Shown here: positions 11,938-64,000 of the stretch, piece after piece | Layout of the letters: each line of letters begins with the position of its first letter | How positions within the stretch are numbered: position 1 is the first letter of the stretch | Origin: Paraspadella gotoi | Taxonomy: Eukaryota > Animalia > Chaetognatha | DNA: 64,000 bases | Assembly: GCA_051294375.1 (NCBI GenBank) | Contig: CM119269.1 | Coordinates: 2,021,601-2,085,600, forward strand | Direction: 5' to 3' | Position numbers and translations under genes: made by a program | Notes under the pieces: model-generated | What the model saw: only the letters and a program-made list of their open reading frames with translations | Databases searched by the model: none | What the model was told of the DNA's origin: nothing

Positions 11938-14323
11938 AATGACATTATTTCTCTTTTTTTACACTCAGCTCCTCTTTTGACGATCGTCCAAATCGTCGCA
12001 AAACATTTTTCCTTCGCTTTGTTGGTCATCGAGAAACTTTTTTGTTTTCATGTCAAAGAGTTTTTGACATATTTCCCGTTGTTCAAACTTCCAAGGTTCA
12101 TCTTCTCAATTGATGTCAATCGGTTGAGATTCGAGCCAAAAGATTTTCACGGGGGATTTCCAATTTGAATCTTGACAAGCGTCAAGGGGGCTTTTTCAAT
12201 GCTGTGAAATTCGTCAAAGCGTTTTCAAAATCTAAACTTAGACAAACAATATGCATTCTAGCCCATCAAAAATTAAAAAAAAAAAACTAACCAAACCATA
12301 CGTTTTTGTATAGATTTTTAAATGAATAAAATCTTTTTAACTATAAAGTTTTACGTTGTCTTCAATATAATTATCTATGTTAAAGATTTTAAATTTTTTT
12401 GATTTTTTCGGAACAAAAGTTTTAAAAATCATTACTAATTGGTGCAAGATAAAAAAAGGGAAATTACCAGATGCCGCTAAAATCATTTGCAATACTCTGG
12501 ACCATAAAAGTTTTAAAAATCATTACTCTAAAACGATCAATAGTTTTGAAAATCTGATTGAAAATTCAAATTTTTCAAATTTTAGCTTTCAGTTGATATA
12601 TTGATAGCTTTGAAATACATTGATGTAGTGCTCATAGTGATGTACTCGGTTTTGTATTTTTCTAATTTTTATTTTGTATGGTTTTATAAAGCAGTAAATC
12701 CACGTAATAAAAGATAAAACAGGCCACTATCATGTTCAGAAACAACCTGTAAAAAATATTAACAAGTATGGTTCTCAGCATATGCGAAAGATTATGCAAC
12801 ATCGTGTAATTGTTTTCGTTTTATTGGGTTTGAAAGTAAAAAGTCAGAAAAATCTTTTTGCACTTATTTGATTATTGTATCTCAAGATATATTGTCTCAC
12901 CCCTGTACCGAGTCTTCCAGCTATTTTGGGGATATATTAAATAATTCATCTGAAGGAGTAAAAATTAAAATAACCTTTTGAAAATTGACATGATCATAAA
13001 ACAATTCATCAAGAACATATTTCCATTATTGTAAGCCTTATTTACAATTACCAATCTCACTAAATGGTTCCCGAAGGAAGCATAGACTTTTACAACTGCG
13101 CACAACTGACCCGACTGCTACTACATTTAAAAGTCAGTGAAGTAGTGCTTAGATTACTTTATATCTCATTTAACAAATTCCGACGCAAAATATTCTTAAG
13201 TATACTTTATAGGTCTCTGGAGCATTTATAAATCTAGATAGTGAGAAATATTTAATCGTTTTTGTTTAAAGGTTTTTTAAACTTTTCTGATACTATAAAT
13301 AAAAGGTACAAATTACACCATTAAATAATGAATTAAGAGGTAAATATGGGTATCGAATTAAAAGAAAGACCTAGCAGATTAAAAATCTTTTCAATTTTTT
13401 TTCTCTATGATATATTATATTAATATTAAGTAAGTCCCAAAGTAACTTACCATTTCATATTTATAAAAAAACGATACATCCGGAAATAAATACTATTGCT
13501 TCCTTTTCATTATCAATTTTTTTAGCATTTTTGGTATCGATCGAAAGCTAAGACCGATTCCCAAAATGAATTTGATTTTTTTTATCATTAATTTTATGCA
13601 AAAAGTAATTCCGAAGAGTTAGCTTAGCAAATAATCTAATTTTTTTCCATTATCAAATCAATATCTTTTTGAGTTTTTTCGAGCATCGACTAAAAGCTAA
13701 GATCATGATGTTTCTAAAAAAATTTTTGGTTTTAATTTACATGTGACCGTAAAATTTATTCCCATAATAGATCGAAGACCCTGTATGACATACAGTGTAT
13801 GTTGTGACGAGATCATCTGTAAATTGGTCCACATAAAAAAGTAAAAGCGGTCAAGTCGTATAACTTTCCCGATCTTGTTAAAAAAGGAAAAAAAAAGGTT
13901 TTCATTATGAATTATTATTGTTATAATTTCCTTTCTTTTCGTTGCGTCTGGGACATAGGAAAAGGTTTAAATTGTGATTCGGCAACGAATTTATTTAATA
14001 ATAATAAACTGACATGTTTCGGTTCGGTTTACGATTATGAATTAAAAATAAAGCTGAAAAGAATTGCGTTTCTTATCGCTCAAATCACGTTTCCCTCCAC
14101 CCGGTATTGAATTACCAAACGTTCTTTCCTTATTCAACGTCAACGTACTTATGACTTACCTTAGTCACCGTCAACTTACTTATTACTTACCTTAGTCACT
14201 GTCAACCGGAACGGGCAAAAGCGACGAGGTCGCCTCGAATAAGTTTCGTCAAGAAAAACCGAGAGACGGCGAAACGTCAGTCGGTTTGCGTCGACGCGAC
14301 GTTTCCTGTGATGCGCGTAAGAT

Positions 14324-14453
<130 letters not shown>

Positions 14454-15107
14454 AGCGTAGGAAGACTTTGAAACGATAACTGGTGAAAAGACAGAGAAGA
14501 GTTTAATGTTTATTTATTTTTACTACGACCTCGTCCTTCCATTTATTTATCTATTGACTAAATAGTAGATGCTAAATGTTGGTATTTTTAAAAAAAATTT
14601 ATTCTATTGCACGTTTTAAGGATTATTATGACTGATTTAATTCAAGGTCAGAGTTGTGACACAAAAGTCAGTTTTTACGGTATTCGGTTTGAGGTTCTTC
14701 CAGTGAAAAGACCCTGACTACCTTACTTAACAAAGTTAATAAAGTTCCAACTGGCCTATTAAAATTTATTAACATATTCGCCAAGTGCAGAAATGCATTG
14801 GGCCTATCGTAACAACCACTCAGACAGGTACTGTATATCATCAAGTTAACTACCGAACGCGTTCAACTAAAAACAATTCAGATTAACAGATTAACCATGT
14901 AAAACCTGCTTCCTGTTGTTAGTATTTCAAGCTCAGGTTCAACAGAGAATTCTTTTGATCTGTCGCTTCCCTTTTTTTCTCTTTCGTCCGAAACCCGGAT
15001 GTAGAAAGAGTTGCACCGGACGTCGGGAAAAATTCCCTCGCGGATGTCGTAAGATATAATGGCTCCGAAATAATCTGGAATTTTTGTGCCACCGTCACCT
15101 TTATTCC

Positions 15108-15205
<98 letters not shown>

Positions 15206-16997
15206 TCTGGTTGAAAGTCGATTCAAGAGCGAATTAAATGAAAAAAAGAAAAAAAAAGAAAGAAAGGTAAAGAGAGATTCCGCTTCTTGTGGAATGAAGA
15301 GTGAAGATACATCGCCAGCGCCGGGCAAGGGGTCTTCATTTGCCAAAATTGTTGGTTCTTCAAATTTTATTTTCTCTCTTTCTTTCTGTTATCGTTTCGA
15401 TGGTTATAATGAAAGCAGTAATATTATGTTTACGCTTCGTGCTCACGAAACTTAATTATAGCGTGAGCGTGATTCAGATTCATCATTCTTTATCAGTTAC
15501 ATATTTTTCTATAAATATTATACAATAACAGCTCTTTGGAACTTTTGTTTATTTTTTTTTTACAACTTTAACTTCCCATTAGGATATTTTCTTTGTTTTT
15601 ATAATGTAAATACGACATTAAGAATCTAGGTTGGTTGCCTTGTTCTTCTTCCATCTGCTCTAAAAATGTTCCACCCAGTGGCACCGAAACTTTTCGTTCG
15701 AGATGCTGATGTCGTCGTCGTTGTCGTCGTCGTTGTCGTCGTCGTCGTTCTTTGCTTCAGCAGGTACAACCGTTTGTCTCGAACATAATTTTAAGTAAAT
15801 AAAACATAATAACAAAAGCCTTTTCATTGAAGATCTCACTTAAAGCGACCGAAGGTTCCGCACTTCTATCGATGCTGAAAAACAATATTAAAATTTTCGC
15901 TTTGAAGCCTTAAATATTAATTTAAATTCACTTCAATTCTATATCGTTTTAAAAAAGAAGAACAAATAACAAAAACCCGAAATGCTTGATTTTTTTTTCT
16001 CAACAAAAAAAGAAAAATCGATAAAATAGAAGACAAAAGAAAAAGGATTGAGTTTCGAAGAATCGAATATGATTTTCTTTTCAATCTTTTTCAGTCGCAT
16101 TTGCGTTTTTATCTAAGATAACAAGGAGAACAAAAGCATGTGCAGTTTTTTATGCACAATAAGAGTTTTATACACCTAACGTCTAAGTAAATTACACGAA
16201 TTACTCCACAATTACTTTATGGTCAGGTGAATAATATGCACATAATACATCTCATGTAACATCACATTACTACCGAGTAATAACTAAAATTATGCTGTAT
16301 TAACAAAGGTTCCGCATACAAACGTTGCATTTAGGAAAAAAACGACTCTTTCCACTATTGTTCAGTTGTTATTACAATGATGATTAACTTTGTGCCACAA
16401 CACAAATTGGGCTGAACGAAGGATTGGTTAGAAACATCTCCACCCGTTTCTAATGATAAAAGAGTACCATTTTGGCAACTTTTAGAAAAAAAAAATTATG
16501 TCCATTTTTGTCCATTTTTACTTACGACCTATGATTTGAATGCCAAGGAAAATTGAGAAAATTTTTTTTCTTTGGAAATCCGTTCTTCCTTATCTTCTTT
16601 ACCCCTGTGTAAATTTATTTGCTTAAATCATTTATAGTTTGCCTATGAATTAATTTTAAAGTTAACAAGTCAAAAAGTTGCAGTTTCATGTCTTTATCAT
16701 AATTTGTTAAACAAAAATAAATCAAATTGGTTGAAATTAACAGGAAATATAGCCTATTAAATAAGCTTTTAACACCTACAAAATTATCAAAAAAACTTTT
16801 TTCGTTTAGCCACAAATAATTTTTAAAGACAACTTTTAATTTGTGACTTTTTGTGACTTGCATTTATTTTTGATAAAGAGAGTATTTTTAACTCATTTAT
16901 TAGTTTTAAAGGATGAGGTACGTACTGACGTTATTAAAACAAAAAAAACGCATCCTTTTAACCCAATGGAAAGCGTCAGGACTTGTTTTTTTCTGAG

Positions 16998-17043
16998 AAT
17001 CGACAGATTTTGCGGAAAATATTTTCCGCAAAATCTGTCGATT
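16998..17043. repeat. Perfect 46-bp palindrome with no spacer
   Basis: AATCGACAGATTTTGCGGAAAAT|ATTTTCCGCAAAATCTGTCGATT. Confidence 0.95.
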
Positions 17044-18579
17044 TATTAAATCTGCTAGGCAACCAAAATTGAAATAAAATCCTCCATTACCGTTAATTTC
17101 TTTTTATAACGAATAAGAAAATATTTTTTTATTTGGCTCAATGTAAAGTAGTGATAGGAAAAACGAAAGGGAGAACAAGAAAAGGAGGTCGGGAGAGAAT
17201 GAAAGAGGGGCAAATGGCAAAAAAAAGGCAAATGGCAAAAAAAGAAGGCAAATGGCGAAAAAAATAGTGAGACAAATAAAAGGTAGGAAAAGAGGGAAAA
17301 TGGAAAGAAAAAGAGGGGAAAAGAAAGGGAAAGAATTAAGAAGAGAAAAAAGGTGAGGAAAGTGGAAGAGTGGCAAAAAAAGGTAGGGCCAAAAAAATGG
17401 TAATTGACGGCGTGAGAAGTAGGGGAGGAAAGAGGGAAAGAAAAATACAAATAAAAAGAAGAAAAGAGATGAAAAAAAAGAATCAGGGAAAGGGTATGAG
17501 GGGAAAAACATTGTATGAGATAATGTGGCGTCCTGCCTTAATAGTTTTGTGTAAGTAAAAGATGTGAAGATTCTTATGAGGAATTCAATCTTTAAAAGTT
17601 ATCTTTACCATAAAAATTCAATCATACTTATTTCTAAAATTAAGATTTGATTGACAATCATTGAAGAAAACATGTCTTACCGTATTTTTAACTCATAGAA
17701 ATTTACCTGGAAAGTACTATGTCATAAGAAGAAGATAACTATAGCCTACCGTTTTTTTAAATAAAGAAAGCTTCATTCTAACCAATGAGATCAAGAAAGA
17801 TGGTAATTATTTAAGTTCAAATTTCGTTGTCTAAAAGACAACAGACAGACATTCAGACCGAGTACTTGCGGCGCTACTAAAAACAATGAATATGTCATGC
17901 CTTATGTTTTGCTTCCAGATACTAAAATTGCAGCTTCAGTTGTGATTGAAATGCTTCCTCTACAAAAACATCGTCGAACAGTATTTTCGTTTCTTCGCGC
18001 CGCCATGCTGGGAAACCAAATGTAAAAACGAACTCAATTGGCGCCAGAAATAAATATCTCAAGGATTTAGTTTTCACAACTTCATCACTCTACGTCGTCA
18101 TATATGAAAATTTCGAATTGTTTTGTTTGAAGGATTTAATAGAATCGTTTCACTTCTCAACGACTCTGCTCCGATTTAAAATCTCATTCGCCTTCAACGA
18201 ATTCATCTTTTCATCTCTAGTCAAAACTTTCTTTCGCACAAAATTTACAATTCACAGGTAAATATTTTTCCATTTTTAATTTAGATAATTATTAATTAGT
18301 TAATATATTTCCCGAAGTTAGTTGAAGAGGCTTCTGAAAGGGATAAAAGCTATCTGTGGTTCCAGTTGAACAACGAAAGACAGACATTTTTAAAATAGCC
18401 TATATTAAAAAAAAAAAAAAAACCTTCAAAATCGTCCCAAACGAAAACTTGCTGCTAAAAAAAAAGAAATTCAGTAAAAACAAAAACTGTATTTGGCTCG
18501 AAAATATTTCGCGTCACTTAAACGACGACGAAGACACTCGAAACGGCTCTGTACTTCCGATCGGAGCGTCGTTCGTCTC

Positions 18580-18625
18580 ATCGTCGTCGCCCCGCCATCT
18601 GACGGTCGAGGGGCGATCGAGTCAT
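18580..18625 (-). promoter_or_regulatory. Candidate SECIS element (form-2-like, atypical) in the GPx 3' UTR
   Basis: Minus strand: AUGAC-UCGAUCGCCCC-UCGA-CCGU-CAG-AUGG-C-GGGGCGACGA-CGAU. Gives a GA/GA quartet, a 10-bp GC-rich helix II and a mini-stem; lacks the apical AA and helix I is weak. Confidence 0.5.
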
Positions 18626-18862
18626 TAAGTCGTTCGTAACTTCGTATATACGAAAACATTCCATCTCATGTTCTTGTTTTTTTTTATTAGTTGTTTCTTT
18701 TTTATGCGGTGTTTTTTATGATCATATAAAATTAGTACAACCAATATGTTACTTTTTAATATAGGACGCTATGGGACGAAATCCTCCATTTATGATCCCC
18801 ACTATTCTTTTACGCGTTTCAACTTAAAAGGACCCCTTTTTCATTCCAAATATCCCCGAATT

Positions 18863-20840
18863 CTAAGCGCTTTTCTTAAGTTCCTCCACAATTTGATCCT
18901 CCATGCTGATGGGCGCGGTTTGAGGCGAGGATCGATAGACTGGAATTCCTCGGCGGTTAATGAGGAATTTGGTGTAGTTCCACTTGATGGCGCTGAGCGG
19001 AGAAAAAAAAAATGGTAGGTCACTTTATGCCACCGAGTTATTGAGTTGTCAGACAAAAATAAACATGATGTTAAAATATTTAAAATAAAAGAAACAAAAT
19101 ATTAATAAGTGAAGGCCATGAAAATTGGAGAAATGATTAACCAAGAAACTATTCGTGAGTCGGCCATCGCAACAGGACCAAACAAGTATGCGCGCTAAAT
19201 GCTGAAAGCGATATTTTTCGTTTTGCCGTCGAACAACCCGATTCCCTTCGCACGAACTTACCTTCCGAACTTACCTTCCGAACCAACCTCCTTTGACGCG
19301 CTTCATGTATTTGTAGAGCGGGTGAGCTTGGTCGCCGTTCACGTTGATCTTGGCGAACATGTCGAAGGTGAACCCGTACTTCTTCTTCATCCTTGCTTTG
19401 ATCTCCGCGTTGGAGCCTGGCTCCTTCAAAGGGGAGGGGAGCAGAAAAGGTTATGGATTCATAATATTTACCATAAATATAAAAGACAATGAATAAATTA
19501 AAACTTTAACTAAACGAATGAATAACAATTTTTACATCGGCGAATGAAATATAACTTATTTCAGTAAATGAATTAATTGAAGAACGAGTCACGGGAAAAA
19601 ATTAAAAGTGAATGGAAAATGTAGTACATTTTGGAAACAGTAATAATAAACGACTTAGCAAACTAATTAGAAACAAAGAACCAGAAATCTTAAGAAGGGT
19701 ATAAACCAAACGAGAGAAGAATAACAAGGTGGAAGTTGACTCACTTGACCCGCGAACTGATTGCACGGGAAGGCGGCGACGCGGAATCCGTCAGCTTCGT
19801 ATTTTTCGTACAGAGTTTGAAGCTGATGATAGTTGGTGTCGGCCAAACCTCAGTTGGTCGCAACGTTCACCACGATGACTACTTTTCCCCTGGAAACGAA
19901 AAGGCAATTTGGTTTTTTTTTTTATTTGCGAGACGAAGAAGTGAAAGGGCAAATTATTCTAAATAATAGACGAAAAGGTTCAAATAAGAATATTTAAAAT
20001 CTGGCTAAATTTTACTTTCGCCGACCGGGGTTTTGGCGTCTTTTGAAAAACCACTTAAAAATATTTATTTAAAAAAATATAATTAAAAATTATTACCTAA
20101 TTACCCTAACCCTAAACTCTTTTAACCTTAACCACCCCTAACCCTAAACCACCCCTAAACCACTCTTAATCCTAACCCATAACCCCGGTCGGCGAAAGTA
20201 AAATTAACCCTTAAAATCTCTTACGATTATCGAGTAAATTTTTTTGTCCATTTCGTTATCGTCATTATGACTTAAAATTCTGATGTAACAACAACAACAA
20301 CAACAACAACTATTGCAGTTTACATATCGCATGATACAAGTCTTCATTTGTTTCTTCGATGAGTCGAATCGCTTACTCGTATTTGTCTTTGAGGGAGACA
20401 AGTTTTTCGTCGATGTCGAAGGCTTCGAATTCGTAAATTGACTTCGCTGCATCGGGATTTCCCTGTTCTGCCCAGACCGTAGTCTTTTATAAATAATAAA
20501 CTTCAAATTAGTTCAATTAGTTTAAATTTCGGCTGCTAAAATATTTATGTTTATTACTGACAGTTGGCATTCACATTCTCACTGATATGTTTTTATGACG
20601 CTTTTTGCAACAACTCCCTTTCATTTTTCAACTTTACCGCAGACAATCTAATACTAAAATCTAACCACATTTTTTATAGAGCAAAACCTGCTTTTCGGTT
20701 GGTTTTTTAAAAAAAAGAATCATTAAAAAACCGAGTGAGAAATCCCCTCCCATATTACGTAGCAAAAGAAAGTGCAAAGTTTAAGCATAATAAGCAATAC
20801 TCACCAGGGAGAAGAGAAGGAAAGCTGCGAAACCTTTCAT
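18863..20840 (-). CDS. Selenocysteine glutathione peroxidase, GPx4/PHGPx-like, with signal peptide (exons 20840-20805, 20483-20377, 19889-19745, 19423-19275, 18992-18863; 188 aa)
   Basis: Spliced translation [20 protein letters not shown]...[11 protein letters not shown]...[12 protein letters not shown](U)GLADTNY...[13 protein letters not shown]...[21 protein letters not shown]...[14 protein letters not shown]. In-frame TGA at 19850-19852 sits at the catalytic position; all introns GT-AG; 567 nt total. Confidence 0.93.
20008..20205. mobile_element. MITE in a GPx intron, 25-bp TIRs with CCCTAA-like internal repeats
   Basis: AATTTTACTTTCGCCGACCGGGGTT ... AACCCCGGTCGGCGAAAGTAAAATT is a perfect inverted repeat. 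Confidence 0.8.
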
Positions 20841-20870
20841 TTTCACTTCTGCGATCGAAATGGTTTCGTC

Positions 20871-20881
20871 ACTTTTATATA
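20871..20881 (-). promoter_or_regulatory. Candidate TATA box of the GPx gene
   Basis: TATATAAAAGT about 30 nt upstream of the ATG; AT-rich background lowers specificity. Confidence 0.35.
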
Positions 20882-22115
20882 CGATAGAAGTCAGGGTCGT
20901 TTACTCCCTTGAGAGGTTATGAGAGTTCTCGAGTGATACTACATCGTGACCATTTGAAACCCGCCGCTATAAAAAATTCACCATACAAAAACGAATAGAG
21001 ATTTAACATTTTGAAAATACGTAAAGACAAAACGCATACAATTTTCATGTATAAATCTCTTAATTTTATTTTGAGTTTATAATGAACGAAAGATGAGGAG
21101 AAAATTCCGAGCTTTTCAATGATAAATAACAGGAAATTCTTCACCGAGAATTCATGGCTCTGTTCAGCAATCATAATCTTACTAATTTGTACAAATATGG
21201 GTATCACAAAAACGTCCATTTAAAATTGATTTTGGAATATCGATTATAATTTCTTAAAAGTAATATGCCTTGCCTTTAACTATTCTTATAACTAAAAAAT
21301 TTATAATTTTTTGAAAGCTTTTTGAAAGCTTTCAGTCAATATCAATATTATTGCTATTTTTCTTTTTAAATTTTTATAAATCTTCCTTGAAGTGAAACTA
21401 AATTTTTTTACTAAAAAATATTAAGCTATTGAGATGGGAGATCATTTTCCAAGCAATCTTTTACCTTTCACTGTTTAAGTAAACGTAAACCGAAGGACAT
21501 GATATTTATAGATAAAAAAATCTTTAAGAATCGTCTTTAAGTATCTCTATCAACAATTTTAAAATCTCTTCACATTTTTGTTTTGTTTTTTCTAGCGGCG
21601 TGTTTCAAAAGGTCACCTAGTAATTCTCGAATTCTTTTCCTAAAAAATTGACAATAATGTACAGGATTCTAGAATTCATTTACGGCATTAAAGCCGTTTT
21701 AGCAAAAAAAGTACTCTCTATGGCTATGCTACGAGCACTTTTGAAACTTACCAAGTGAAATATTTATAAAATTATTTCTATAACATTAAAAGACAATTCG
21801 ATAAAAGAGATTGGGTAAACCAGCCATCTGTTAACTTGAAGCTTTTCCCACAAATTTTAGAAATCGATTAGTTTCGGGAGATAAATAAATATTAATATCT
21901 ATTTTGAATTCACTTTTTTTTTCGGTCGTTGTTGTTGTTGCTAAGATGAGTGTTAAGAAGGACTGTTGTTTTCATAAAACCGATTGTTTATTGTTTGTTT
22001 TTTTTATAATAACAATACTAACAGCCTGAAACTTAGATACTATAGTCTATACAATATACATTCCAAACTACCGATTAAATATTTCTGAATATGTTTTTTT
22101 TGGTTCCTTTCCCAG

Positions 22116-63819
<41,704 letters not shown>

Positions 63820-63960
63820 GTGAGAGTGACTGCGGTTAAACAACAATAATTACTAATTAATTAGTAATGATTTATATAAAAAAAAACCTATAACTCTAAG
63901 GAAGAAAACAAACTAACGACAGCTAATATTAATTCACAAACTATTTTGAAATGATTGTTA

Positions 63961-64000
63961 CGGTTCCAAAATTGCGCAATCTTACGTGGGCGGAATACTA
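63961..64000. repeat. Start of another foldback-family copy at the window edge
   Basis: CGGTTCC...GCGCAATCTTACGTGGGCGGAATACTA matches the repeat units at 47900-48355. Confidence 0.6.

Noticed and set aside
11940-12240. Coding-like minus-strand stretch (KRFDEFHSIEKAPL...EPWKFEQREICQKLF)
   Set aside because: Stops and frameshifts, no recognisable family.
15666-15763. Possible first coding exon of the myosin
   Set aside because: Neither ATG frame ends in phase 0 as the 22116 acceptor would need; mostly (GTC)n repeat.
18800-18844. Alternative SECIS at the AUGA just after the GPx stop
   Set aside because: No matching 3' GA or helix II geometry.

Overview
AT-rich invertebrate (metazoan) genomic DNA with many (GA)n microsatellites, CpG-rich exons, short spliceosomal introns and one 25-N gap. 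All gene models were spliced by hand from GT/AG sites and reading phase. Left part: 3' end of MEF2, two small orphan genes, several non-autonomous DNA-transposon relics (one has CACAGTG termini and asymmetric RSS-like spacers), and a signal-peptide-bearing GPx4-like glutathione peroxidase with an in-frame Sec UGA and a candidate atypical SECIS. From ~22.1 kb to past the window end, an unconventional myosin on the + strand spans at least 19 confidently placed exons; its motor resembles, from memory, the class-36 / chitin-synthase-linked myosins. Its five largest introns hold six genes (PDK, ARPC1, SQOR, an SLC16/MCT-like transporter with an apparent lesion, a Ly6/quiver-like protein, a 615-aa disordered orphan) plus an MCT pseudogene fragment.
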